Positions 8,800-17,873 are shown, counted from the stretch's first letter. The stretch: 37,219 bases of DNA from Candidatus Marsarchaeota archaeon (GCA_023379075.1 JAMCSO010000026.1:1-37219); one strand, 5' to 3'. Numbers and translations are program-made. The notes: generated by a model not told the origin, from the letters alone.

Positions 8800-9708
8800 T
8801 TGTGTGATTGCATCGAAGCTACAGACATATTTGTGAAAACCTTCAATATACTCAGATCCAATCCTGGGGCAGTTCTGCCTTTGCTTGCATTTACACTAAT
8901 TATCGGAGGGATAACTCTATATTATGTCTTTTCTTTGCTGAACGGACTTTATGGTGTTAATGGCTTTGCCCTTGGCCACCACATAAAAACAAACAGTTCA
9001 TACCTGTCCGCTCTGATACCTTTCTTTGAGAAGATAGTCATGTTCATACTTCTACTGATACTAGCCTCATTCTTCATAACACCCTTGCTAACTGGTTTTT
9101 ACATAAGTGTTGCTAATCAGGGATATGTCAAAACACGAATATCAACCGGCGCCGCATTCAGCTTCGCAAAGAAAGCATACCTTACTCTTCTTGCAACAGA
9201 ACTTGTTATCTATGCAATATGGATTGCAGCCATTGCAATTCTTGCACTCATATTCATTCTTCCAGTTGGATATTTTGGTCGCGGGATCGGCTCAATCATC
9301 TGGCTTCTTCTAGGCGGCATCGTCTCTCTAATAATATTAATATTTCTAGGCATACTGCTCTACGAGGCGTATCCGATTGCGGCGATGGAGGGGGTTGGGG
9401 CAATAGGCGCCATAAAAAGAAGCGTCGATGTTGGGTGGAGGAAGATACGCGAAATATTTGTGGTCTTTCTGGTAACGGCAGCGATATTGATAGGTTACAT
9501 CACAATACTGGGCTTATTACAGACAACACTCGAGTTTCTTGCTTCTACATATGGGGTTCTATCCATAGGCATAATAATTATGCAGATAATAAATTTCATA
9601 TTTGGTTCTGGACTAAATTCCTGGTTCCTGATGGTTCCTGTTGGTCTCTATAAGGGATATGTGGAAGCCGAGGTTGAAAACAAGCCGAAGAACACCAAAG
9701 CCGAATGA
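8800..9708 (+). CDS. polytopic membrane protein, unknown function
   Basis: ORF 8713..9708 has no early in-frame ATG; candidate starts are TTG 8713, TTG 8800 and GTG 8833. About 6-7 hydrophobic helices. Resembles DUF975/GDPD-membrane-type topology; family not established. Confidence 0.55.
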   Translation: MCDCIEATDIFVKTFNILRSNPGAVLPLLAFTLIIGGITLYYVFSLLNGLYGVNGFALGHHIKTNSSYLSALIPFFEKIVMFILLLILASFFITPLLTGFYISVANQGYVKTRISTGAAFSFAKKAYLTLLATELVIYAIWIAAIAILALIFILPVGYFGRGIGSIIWLLLGGIVSLIILIFLGILLYEAYPIAAMEGVGAIGAIKRSVDVGWRKIREIFVVFLVTAAILIGYITILGLLQTTLEFLASTYGVLSIGIIIMQIINFIFGSGLNSWFLMVPVGLYKGYVEAEVENKPKNTKAE

Positions 9709-9867
9709 GAGATCCGCCACTCAATCAAAGCAACACCCCAAAAGCATATCTTTGCCATTTACTGACCCAAACCAACCATATTTCAATTTACTTCTCAAAA
9801 ACTTTTTATATCTCTGTGTTTGAAAAGATGCAGTGATACTGTGCTGGAAATCACCCCTGCAAACAAC

Positions 9868-10512
9868 ATGCAGTCTCCAGTTACTGAAAAAAAGATAGAT
9901 GAATCTGCACAACCAGCACCGAAATCTGGAGAAACAAGGCAGACATACATACTTCCTGCCATAGCTGCGATAATAATACTCGTATACTTTCTAGTCCTTC
10001 CAACAATCACACTAAAGAATCCTCTTCTCACAAATACACAAGCGGAAGCTATCCTTGGCACGGGCACATGCTACACAGAGACCATAACCAACAGCTCTTT
10101 GTTTGAGTACGGCAAACAATTTCCACAGATCCAAGGCAACGTGTCTTATGGCTGGGGCCTTCAATGCAGAAAGACCAATGCTGGATACACCGAGATTTTA
10201 TCAGAGCTCGTATTTCAGACAAATTCCTCAGCAGGCGTATCCTCCTCGCTCTACTCATACTCTCTTAATCATCTTCTCGCCCTCTCTGCAACAAGCAACA
10301 TCGCAGTGAACACAATCACTCTGTCTGGAGCTGTTTCTGGAGCCAGATACGATCTCTCCAGAGTTGTACAACAAAAAGGAGGAGAGAGCACCACCACAAT
10401 AATACTCACAGAGTCAAGAAATGACAACGCAGCATTGGTTGTCCTATACAATACTAGTACGAGCCTCAATACTTCATTCCTTGTATCTTCGGTCGCAGAG
10501 AGATTAAATTAG
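9868..10512 (+). CDS. membrane-anchored extracytoplasmic protein, unknown function
   Basis: One N-terminal TM helix ('YILPAIAAIIILVYFLVLPTI') after a charged N-tail, then a Ser/Thr/Asn-rich domain. Start uncertain (ATG 9868, GTG 9841 or TTG 9820). Confidence 0.55.
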   Translation: MQSPVTEKKIDESAQPAPKSGETRQTYILPAIAAIIILVYFLVLPTITLKNPLLTNTQAEAILGTGTCYTETITNSSLFEYGKQFPQIQGNVSYGWGLQCRKTNAGYTEILSELVFQTNSSAGVSSSLYSYSLNHLLALSATSNIAVNTITLSGAVSGARYDLSRVVQQKGGESTTTIILTESRNDNAALVVLYNTSTSLNTSFLVSSVAERLN

Positions 10513-10518
10513 CCTTAA

Positions 10519-11382
10519 TTATGTTATAAACAAGAACAGAATATTACCAACAAGTATGGAGAGGATCGTTCCGATAAGTACAAAAAGAGCCAAAGGTATT
10601 GAATTTCTATAAACAGGCACCTTCTTCCTTATCTTATTTGTATCCTTCAAAAACGACCTTTCTACCAGTCTGCCAAACTTTCTTGATTTGGATTTGAAGA
10701 AAGATATCTCCTTTCTTGTCATGAGATTTAATGCAAGCATATCTCCTTCTTCGAGCTTCGAAGGATATACAAACTCCACCATCCTTGAATTTATCTCTGT
10801 TCCATAATAGCTTATCAAGGAGGCCGCGCATGCGAAGACCACCATTAAGACCAAGCCCTCCACACTTATCCCTAAAGAATATTCAATAAAAGTTAGGAGC
10901 AGAAGATATGAGACGAGGAGCGTTAAGGCCCTAAAAGCACTCTTCTTCCCATGGCCCCTCTTTTCTGCTTCCCTATTCTTCTTTGTAAAAACCAGATAAT
11001 ATATCGGCATCATTATTACCGCAGCATAACCTGCAGTTACCAAAACAGAGAAGATAAACGGAAGTTGATACTGCTGCACACTTGTAAGGTATGCGCTCGG
11101 CTGTATTGGCATTATCAGGCTGAGTGCCACAAACTCATAAATGTCACCAGCCCCAAGGAAGCCTGTTTTGTATGCAACATATCCTAATGAGCCTATTGCA
11201 AGAGCAAGCAGAAGATCCAACCCTAATATTGGTAGTGGGTATGTGATTGAGAATAAGAATCCAACAGCAACAGTGGCATAAACAACGGTATTTGGAACAT
11301 TCCTTTTATTAAATACATCGAATCCAGCGTAGATCAGTGCTACTACCAGGAGTCCAAAAACCCTTAAAGAATACGATAACAT
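10519..11382 (-). CDS. A24-family prepilin/preflagellin peptidase (FlaK/PibD-like)
   Basis: Polytopic membrane protein with two catalytic-Asp contexts, 'GFDVFNKRNVPN' and 'GFLGAGDIYEF' (GxGD-type). ATG 11382; the ORF opens at GTG 11397. Confidence 0.75.
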   Translation of the reverse strand: MLSYSLRVFGLLVVALIYAGFDVFNKRNVPNTVVYATVAVGFLFSITYPLPILGLDLLLALAIGSLGYVAYKTGFLGAGDIYEFVALSLIMPIQPSAYLTSVQQYQLPFIFSVLVTAGYAAVIMMPIYYLVFTKKNREAEKRGHGKKSAFRALTLLVSYLLLLTFIEYSLGISVEGLVLMVVFACAASLISYYGTEINSRMVEFVYPSKLEEGDMLALNLMTRKEISFFKSKSRKFGRLVERSFLKDTNKIRKKVPVYRNSIPLALFVLIGTILSILVGNILFLFIT

Positions 11383-11531
11383 TATAACAACCAACACGCT
11401 TATACAAAGGGCTAATGTGATAGCAGCAGATAATTATATATACGTGTTACATATAAGGTATAAAAGCAAAAGGATCATCGTTCGGTGTTTATTTGGGAAG
11501 TATACCTAGAAAATGGAAGAAGAAAGGAAGA

Positions 11532-11606
11532 ATGCGCTGGAAATGGGTTAAAAAGAAGAGAAAGAGAGTAAAGAGAGCGCAAAAGAGAAGGGTCGGAGAA
11601 CTCTAA
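11532..11606 (+). CDS. rpl41e: probable ribosomal protein L41e (eL41), 24-aa micro-ORF below the ORF-track cutoff
   Basis: Translates to [24 protein letters not shown], which matches the eukaryotic/archaeal eL41 pattern M-R-x-K-W-x-K-K-[RK]-x-[RK]-R-[LV]-K-R. TATA-rich sequence lies upstream (11430..11470). This ORF explains the polypurine tract. Confidence 0.55.
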   Translation: MRWKWVKKKRKRVKRAQKRRVGEL

Positions 11607-11621
11607 TGAAGTTGGGTATAA

Positions 11622-12293
11622 ATGGCAGCCCGAAAGCGAAGGCCTCCTATTCAGAAAGGAGGAGGCCTTCTCGAACAAAGATGGATCAGGGCAGCGGTTA
11701 TAGTGTTCATTACTGAGCTGTTACTGTTGGCACTCTTCAGCATGGCTCCTATTTCTAGCTCCCAGCAGGCATCACTGCTATCACAGTATAGCTCCCTTGA
11801 AAGCACCATCTCAAACAAATCCTTCCTCTATCAATTCTTCTTCATAGCTCCGCACAATATCCTAATAGCAGCTATAGACGAGATTCCCATTCTTGGGCTA
11901 GCATTCTTCGGTTATTCGATAACCCAGACAGCGATGTTCCTTAATGCATATGCTGTTTCAATCAGCCAACCAGGAATAGTTCTGGTCATAGCATTATTCT
12001 TATTGCCTCACACCATACTCGAGCTGCCAGCATACGCATTAGCAGCAACAGAAAACCTCTTTTTATCCTACTCTTTATTTAGGGGTGGATTTAGAAAAGA
12101 GTTGAGAAGGGCAGCCAGGGTGCTTGGGCTGATCGTGGCAGAGTTGTTTATAGCAGGATCCTTTGAGACCGCAGAACTTCAGCTCAGTACGTATGCGGCA
12201 CTCTCTCTATGGATTCCATTCATACTGCTGATATCTGTTCTGCTATTCTTTCTACTTAAGAAAAAAGAGCCGAAAAGAAGACACATCAAGTAA
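11622..12293 (+). CDS. SpoIIM-like (DUF95) membrane protein
   Basis: Polytopic. 'LLPHTILELPAYALAA' matches the conserved H-x-x-x-E-x-P motif region of stage II sporulation protein M-type proteins. Confidence 0.65.
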   Translation: MAARKRRPPIQKGGGLLEQRWIRAAVIVFITELLLLALFSMAPISSSQQASLLSQYSSLESTISNKSFLYQFFFIAPHNILIAAIDEIPILGLAFFGYSITQTAMFLNAYAVSISQPGIVLVIALFLLPHTILELPAYALAATENLFLSYSLFRGGFRKELRRAARVLGLIVAELFIAGSFETAELQLSTYAALSLWIPFILLISVLLFFLLKKKEPKRRHIK

Positions 12294-12873
12294 TTGTCCG
12301 TATTTGGTATCTGCCTCTCTTCTCTATCTCCTTAAGTTTTGATACAACAACATCTCCTTCTGAACAACTCTTAACATAGCTCTGTTCAAGAGCATGATAT
12401 CCTTTTCCCAACGACCTCTTGATCAGAAGCAAGTCTATGGCACGCCCCTCAACGCTCTTAGTTATTTCAGACAATCCAAAATCAATTATACTAAGGCCAT
12501 TCTCCGCAAGCATGAGGTTCGCTGTTGTAAAATCTCCATGTATCACTCCTGAGTCGTGGAGCTTTGCAAGAATTCTTCCTATCTCTTGAGGAATACCTTC
12601 AGGAATACTCTCAAGGTCCTTCAGGGCAACTCCCTCAAGAATCTCAAAATACAATGTAAATCTGCTGCACGCAATAAGTCGTGGGACAGGTACTCCTGCG
12701 CGGTGGGCTCTTTCCATGCATCTGGCCTCCCGCTTTGTCCTTCCCTCTCTTAGTTCAGTATCAAGCTCCTCTACTCTATACTCCTTTCTGCCACGAACCT
12801 TTGCTGCAACCCTATTACCAATAAATTTCACAGTGTAGATCTCCGCCTCTGCTCCCCTGGATAATAACCGCAT
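12286..12873 (-). CDS. bud32: Kae1-associated kinase Bud32 (KEOPS subunit)
   Basis: Small RIO-like kinase: 'GAEAEIY', 'AAKVR', 'REARCMERA', catalytic 'HGDFTTANLM', 'IIDFGLS'. Its ATG directly abuts the kae1 stop. Confidence 0.9.
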   Translation of the reverse strand: MRLLSRGAEAEIYTVKFIGNRVAAKVRGRKEYRVEELDTELREGRTKREARCMERAHRAGVPVPRLIACSRFTLYFEILEGVALKDLESIPEGIPQEIGRILAKLHDSGVIHGDFTTANLMLAENGLSIIDFGLSEITKSVEGRAIDLLLIKRSLGKGYHALEQSYVKSCSEGDVVVSKLKEIEKRGRYQIRTIT

Positions 12874-13851
12874 TTAATCAGCCAAGTATTCCACATCATT
12901 TATCCGATATCTCTGCATATAATCACAATCTTCTACTTTTACGCCATACCCCCTTTTCAATACTCTTTCCGCGAGCAGCGCAATCATGGCACCATTGTCT
13001 GCATTAAACTCATTAGGCGCAGCACCGAACTTTATCTTGTGCTCCCTTGCAACACTCTCTAGCATCGCCTTCAACCTTTCACTCTGTGCAACTCCGCCGC
13101 ACACGCAGAATTCTCTGCTCTTGGTAAGAAGAAGCGCACGCTCTGCTGCCTCGCAAAGCATTGCAAAGGCCGTTTCCTGCAGGGAGAATGAGACATCTTT
13201 TTTACTATTCCTTTTGGATAGCTCGACAGCCTTTGTCATAAGTCCTGCAAAGGCAAAGTCCATGCCCTTTACAGTATATGGCAACTTTATGTATTTTCCC
13301 CCAGTAGCTATCTTTGCAACGCTAGACCCCCAGGCAGGATCAAGCCCTATTTTTCTAGCGAAAGAATCCAGCATGTTACCTACACCAATATCAAACGTCT
13401 CCCCAAGAACCAAATAATGTCTTCTTTCAGAGTCGAGCTTAAGAATCTGCGAGTTCCCTCCGCTGACATATAGTGCCAGAGGATCTCTCATATTGGAAAG
13501 GCGTTTTGCTACCTCTACATGTGCCATTCCGTGGTTAATCGGAACAATATCTACATTCAATTCATTGGCCATTGCCTTTGCCTTGCTCATGCCAACCTTA
13601 AGGCACGGGCCTATTCCGGGCCCCATGGTATATCCTATCCCTGAGATATCTTTGAGTCTAACGTCTGCCCTTTCCAAAGACCTCAAAATAACTTCATCCG
13701 CATTCTTATTGTGGAATTCAGCAACCTTTATTGGTATCATGCCTGAATTCCCTATTGGGTAAACCGATTTCTCATTAGAGAGTATTCTCCCATTCTCCAC
13801 TATTCCTACTCCGAACGTATGTGCACTGCTTTCTATACCCATGGTTGGCAT
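12874..13851 (-). CDS. kae1: tRNA N6-adenosine threonylcarbamoyltransferase Kae1
   Basis: 'MGIESSAHTFGVGIV', 'INHGMAHVE', 'LYVSGGNSQ', 'VCGGVAQSERL'. Start taken as ATG 13851 (or 13842). The upstream ORF extension to 13971 looks non-coding. Confidence 0.9.
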   Translation of the reverse strand: MPTMGIESSAHTFGVGIVENGRILSNEKSVYPIGNSGMIPIKVAEFHNKNADEVILRSLERADVRLKDISGIGYTMGPGIGPCLKVGMSKAKAMANELNVDIVPINHGMAHVEVAKRLSNMRDPLALYVSGGNSQILKLDSERRHYLVLGETFDIGVGNMLDSFARKIGLDPAWGSSVAKIATGGKYIKLPYTVKGMDFAFAGLMTKAVELSKRNSKKDVSFSLQETAFAMLCEAAERALLLTKSREFCVCGGVAQSERLKAMLESVAREHKIKFGAAPNEFNADNGAMIALLAERVLKRGYGVKVEDCDYMQRYRINDVEYLAD

Positions 13852-13906
13852 CACATTCAACCTGCAAAGAGAAAATACTAAAATACTAATCAGGAAGATA
13901 TTTATT

Positions 13907-14743
13907 ATGGTTTTGTTTGAGATAAACAAGCAACTTAATGCCTTCAAGGCGATTCCATTCAAAACCCTCACATGTGGTTATTGCGAATCTCCGGTCCTAT
14001 CTCCTACTAAAGATTCTGCCTTTTGTCAATTCTGCGGTGCATACACGGAAGATGCCAAAACCCAGGAAAAACCCGAAGACACTGCCTTCCATAATGGGTT
14101 GGCGAAGATACAATCTTCGATACGCGGCGGGGCTCTTGGCGATGCAAAGGCACTTTCATCCACGCTCTTCACAAAACTCACTGATCCTGAAAAATTATTC
14201 TGTGGAGGCAACATCTACCTCTTTTTATCAGACCAAACTTATTCAAGCAAGGATTATGCCATAACGGGATTTATGGAGAAAAATTCCGCAAACGTTTACG
14301 AATCTCTAGATCTGACCTCAAAATCCAAAGAATTTTTTTATAAAACCCTATGGTTGATAGACGCGTCAAAACCCGAGGAAGCTAACGAACGAGCACTTTT
14401 CATCGCATTTCTTTGTTGCATATACCTAAAGCAACACAAGAAAGCAAAAAGACATCTCGACCTACTGGGATCACGAGAAAAGCCAACACTGATCAGGAGA
14501 TATGCAGATATGATATACTCTGTAGAGACCGGTAGCCAGAATGCCAAAGCACTTATCGAAAGCCTCCTCGGACAAAAAGAGGTTAACACCTTCTTTTACA
14601 TGGGAAAGTATCTTGCCAAATCAAAGAAGCTTACCGAAGCAGAAGCTCTGCTTGCAGCCATAACCTCAATATGCAAGCATCCGCAGGCAGAAGAGCTGCT
14701 AAATAAGATTAGGAACACCGAGCAGGCGCTTTCTCTGCAGTGA
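13907..14743 (+). CDS. zinc-ribbon plus helical-repeat (TPR-like) protein, unknown function
   Basis: N-terminal 'CGYC...CQFC' four-Cys ribbon followed by an all-helical repeat region. ATG 13907, divergent from kae1. Confidence 0.55.
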   Translation: MVLFEINKQLNAFKAIPFKTLTCGYCESPVLSPTKDSAFCQFCGAYTEDAKTQEKPEDTAFHNGLAKIQSSIRGGALGDAKALSSTLFTKLTDPEKLFCGGNIYLFLSDQTYSSKDYAITGFMEKNSANVYESLDLTSKSKEFFYKTLWLIDASKPEEANERALFIAFLCCIYLKQHKKAKRHLDLLGSREKPTLIRRYADMIYSVETGSQNAKALIESLLGQKEVNTFFYMGKYLAKSKKLTEAEALLAAITSICKHPQAEELLNKIRNTEQALSLQ

Positions 14744-14801
14744 GTCAAACACGAACTAATTAATACTTTTACAATAAAATACATAATGTCGGTGTCATTC
14801 T

Positions 14802-15587
14802 ATGCCTAACAAGACCGTAATCTCTGTTGTAATATTCATACTTTTGATAGTCGTACTTGTGGTTTATCTTGCAACACGGCCAAGTTCTTTTATACCTCAG
14901 CTAATACATCTGCCAACAGGCAATACCAACACCATAGTCAACACAACCAATAAAACACCATCAAATAAAACAATAACAACCAACACAACTAACAATACGA
15001 ATTCTTCTGGTTTGAGTGGTGAGTGTATTTCAAGCACTGAAACGGTTCCGGTACCTAATGGGAACTTCAGTCTCGGCACCTATCAGTCCTGGACTACAAC
15101 TGGTCTTGGGTTTGGATCCGAACCCTTTAACATAATCTCTGCAAATAATGAAGGCGCTTATTACGGGGCGCCATGGTCTGGATACAATGGTACATTCATC
15201 GCCACAACCTATTCTGGTGGAATTTCATTCCAGGCAGGAAACCTGACTTCAGATTACTTCTTAGTTACGGAGCCTTACCTCAATTTTAAGATAATCTCTC
15301 CACAAAACAACCAACTATATCTGGAGTTATTGACAGACAACAAAACCTTCATCAAGATTTATTACAATACCTATCAGGCCGCAAACAATACTGAGGCAGC
15401 AACCCACTTTGTAAATGCCAGCATCCCTCTAATAAGTCTTCTATGCAAATATGTGCGCGTCAGGGTAGTGGCAAATGTTCTTGGCACAGTCACCACCAGA
15501 GATCAATATCTGGCAGTGACCGACTTTCAGCTCTCCAGGGCCCCACATGCCGAAAGCGGCATAATCGTCAATCAAACAATATCTTGA
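14802..15587 (+). CDS. N-terminally anchored, sequon-rich extracellular protein
   Basis: TM anchor 'VISVVIFILLIVVLVVYL', Asn/Thr-rich linker ('NTTNKTPSNKTITTNTTNNTNSS'), then a beta-rich domain starting 'VPNGNFSLGTYQSW'. About 13 N-x-S/T sequons counted by eye. Confidence 0.65.
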   Translation: MPNKTVISVVIFILLIVVLVVYLATRPSSFIPQLIHLPTGNTNTIVNTTNKTPSNKTITTNTTNNTNSSGLSGECISSTETVPVPNGNFSLGTYQSWTTTGLGFGSEPFNIISANNEGAYYGAPWSGYNGTFIATTYSGGISFQAGNLTSDYFLVTEPYLNFKIISPQNNQLYLELLTDNKTFIKIYYNTYQAANNTEAATHFVNASIPLISLLCKYVRVRVVANVLGTVTTRDQYLAVTDFQLSRAPHAESGIIVNQTIS

Positions 15588-15598
15588 GCTGGCTCTTT

Positions 15599-17041
15599 AT
15601 GGGAGGTGGACTAAGACTCTATAATACCTTGACAAGACGACTAGAAGAGTTCCAGCCATTGGAAGACGGGAAGATAAGATTCTTTGTATGTGGACAGACT
15701 GTTTATGATGATGCACATCTGGGACATGCAAAAGCATACATTAATTTTGACATAGTAGCAAGATGGCTAAGGCATCTAGGATACACACTGCATTACATTC
15801 AGAACATAACCGACATTGACGACAAAATAATCACCAGGGCAAAAGAATCACACAAAGACCCCACTGCGCTCGCAAGAGAGTTCGAGTCCAGATTCATGGA
15901 AGACATGGAGAAGATAGGAGTGAAGAAGAATGTAGACCAGTATCCACGCTCCCACGATTACATAGATGAGATTGGTCTTCAGATAGGTCTACTGCTCAAA
16001 AAAGGATATGCATATCTTTTGGACGGAGACGTTTATTACGACGTATCCAAATTCGAGGATTACACAAAACTCTCCGGTATGAAGCTCGAAGAGCTTGAGA
16101 AGCATAGGATCGAGCCCAAAGTCGGAAAAAGAAACCCTTACGATTTTGCGTTATGGAAAGCCTCAAAAGAAGGAGAGCCAAGCTGGAAGATCTCCTTGGA
16201 TCTGAACGGAAAAGAGATAACTCTGGACGGCAGGCCAGGATGGCATATAGAAGATACCGCAATAACCCATGCAATATTCGGGCCACAGTATGATTTGCAC
16301 GGAGGCGCAATAGAGCTCATATTTCCTCATCATTCCAACGAGATAGCCCAAGCCGAAGCCGCTTTCGGCAAAAAACCCTTTGTTAAATACTGGTTGCATG
16401 CCGGAGTACTCAACATAAAGGGAGTAAAGATGAGCAAGAGCCTCAGAAATTTCATAAAGATACGAGATGTATTTCCATTATACTCAGCAGAGACTCTTAG
16501 GCTCTTGATATGCTCTACCCATTACAGAAAAGAGATGGACTATGACGAGAATCTCATAAAGAACGCCGGAAGGAAGTTATCTTACTTATATGCTGCCCTT
16601 GGCATATTTTATAATATGCGCGAAGGAGCCTCAAACAAAGAGGGCTCCGAACAGATAAAAAAAGAAACAACCCTGTTTGTAGACGCATTCACAAAAGCCA
16701 TGAACGACGATTTTAATACGCCCCAAGCATTGACAGAACTTACCCTTATAATTAATAAACTCAGAGAATTTGCCGAAACAAATAATGAGATCGATGCCGA
16801 AGCAAAGATCCATGCACTCTCATCCATTCTTAAAATGGCGAATACTCTTGGAATTCTCACAAACGAGGGTTACAAAACAGAGATAAGCACAACAGCAATG
16901 CACCTTATAAGTTATCGAGAACGACTTAGACAGGATAAGAACTTCGGGGAAGCAGATACTATACGTGAACGCCTCAAGAATGAGTTCAAAATACTCCTTG
17001 AAGATACAGAATATGGTACCATTTGGTACAAAGAGCAATAA
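15599..17041 (+). CDS. cysS: cysteine--tRNA ligase
   Basis: 'LYNTLTRRLEEF', HIGH-type 'HLGHA', 'KMSKS' present. Start taken as ATG 15599; the ORF track's upstream extension overlaps the previous gene. Confidence 0.95.
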   Translation: MGGGLRLYNTLTRRLEEFQPLEDGKIRFFVCGQTVYDDAHLGHAKAYINFDIVARWLRHLGYTLHYIQNITDIDDKIITRAKESHKDPTALAREFESRFMEDMEKIGVKKNVDQYPRSHDYIDEIGLQIGLLLKKGYAYLLDGDVYYDVSKFEDYTKLSGMKLEELEKHRIEPKVGKRNPYDFALWKASKEGEPSWKISLDLNGKEITLDGRPGWHIEDTAITHAIFGPQYDLHGGAIELIFPHHSNEIAQAEAAFGKKPFVKYWLHAGVLNIKGVKMSKSLRNFIKIRDVFPLYSAETLRLLICSTHYRKEMDYDENLIKNAGRKLSYLYAALGIFYNMREGASNKEGSEQIKKETTLFVDAFTKAMNDDFNTPQALTELTLIINKLREFAETNNEIDAEAKIHALSSILKMANTLGILTNEGYKTEISTTAMHLISYRERLRQDKNFGEADTIRERLKNEFKILLEDTEYGTIWYKEQ

Positions 17042-17120
17042 TTTATATGTCCTCTTACATTGGAACAGATTACAGATAATATTTAAATATAAGTTAGTAT
17101 AATACCTAATTAGTGTAAAA

Positions 17121-17627
17121 ATGTCTAGTTCAGCTACGGCGAAATCTGGTATTAAAGACACAAGCTCAAGACTCTCTGTTTTTCACGAAACGCAAAGAAA
17201 CGCAGACCGCGCACTTTACGATGCAATGCACGGCAAAGTCTCGCTCTCAGAATTAGTCCGTTCGATAAGAAGCGCCCATACGGGTGAGCACGAACTAGAA
17301 CAGAAAGCTGAAGCAGACTTAAACTTATTTAATTCAGCAGGACAATTATCTTTCGGGCAGCAGGTCAGAAAGTTCATAAGAGAGAATCCTCTACTCGAAT
17401 CAATGCATCAGAATCTGGAAGTCGGGGTAGCACTTATTGTGATAGGTGTGGCAAGATTATATTCAAGATTCTCAGAACACGGGTCTAGATCAAATGAAGT
17501 CAAAGCCGCTTCCCAAAACAACGCAGTTGAGGTTAAGAAACCTGCAACCAATGCAGAAACACCTGTTGTCGTTCTGTCTGCTATAAGGCGCGAAGGCGAA
17601 GAGGACAGACTTCCAGAAGCAGCCTAA
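17121..17627 (+). CDS. hypothetical protein with one central TM helix
   Basis: 168-aa ORF with a clean ATG after an AT-rich promoter region, and hydrophobic 'LEVGVALIVIGVARLY'. No family recognised. Confidence 0.5.
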   Translation: MSSSATAKSGIKDTSSRLSVFHETQRNADRALYDAMHGKVSLSELVRSIRSAHTGEHELEQKAEADLNLFNSAGQLSFGQQVRKFIRENPLLESMHQNLEVGVALIVIGVARLYSRFSEHGSRSNEVKAASQNNAVEVKKPATNAETPVVVLSAIRREGEEDRLPEAA

Positions 17628-17873
17628 CCCTTAGCACTCTTTTTTATCTTAAGTGCACCTTACTTCTTAATCTTGTGAATATAAACCAAGATCGGTTACT
17701 GGGTGAAGAATGTAGCGTTGCCTCTCTTCTTTTATATTTTTTCCTGATTTCATCTTCCGCAACAGGTCATTATGCAAAGACCGCACCCGGTTGTGATAAA
17801 TATCTGGTGGCAAAATTCAGTTATTTCTATTAGTGAGCACTGCAGAAATAAAAAGGAGCTAAACAGGTACAGG

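Noticed and set aside
11505-11600. Roughly 95-nt polypurine (A/G) tract, initially flagged as a low-complexity repeat or triplex-forming element.
   Set aside because: It is fully explained by AAG/AGA/AAA Lys/Arg codons of the L41e-like micro-ORF.
13852-13971. 40-codon hydrophobic N-terminal extension of Kae1 (MRVLNGIALKALSCLFISNK...).
   Set aside because: Kae1 is cytoplasmic and its conserved start 'M(PT)MGIESSAHT' is at ATG 13851/13842. The extension covers the AT-rich divergent promoter and the start of the opposite gene.
15443-15598. The ORF track extends cysS 52 codons upstream (MQICARQGSG...), overlapping the 3' end of the preceding gene.
   Set aside because: The extension is Arg/Ser/His-rich nonsense read out of frame from gene 14802..15587. 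The conserved CysRS N-terminus ('LYNTLTRR') starts right after ATG 15599.
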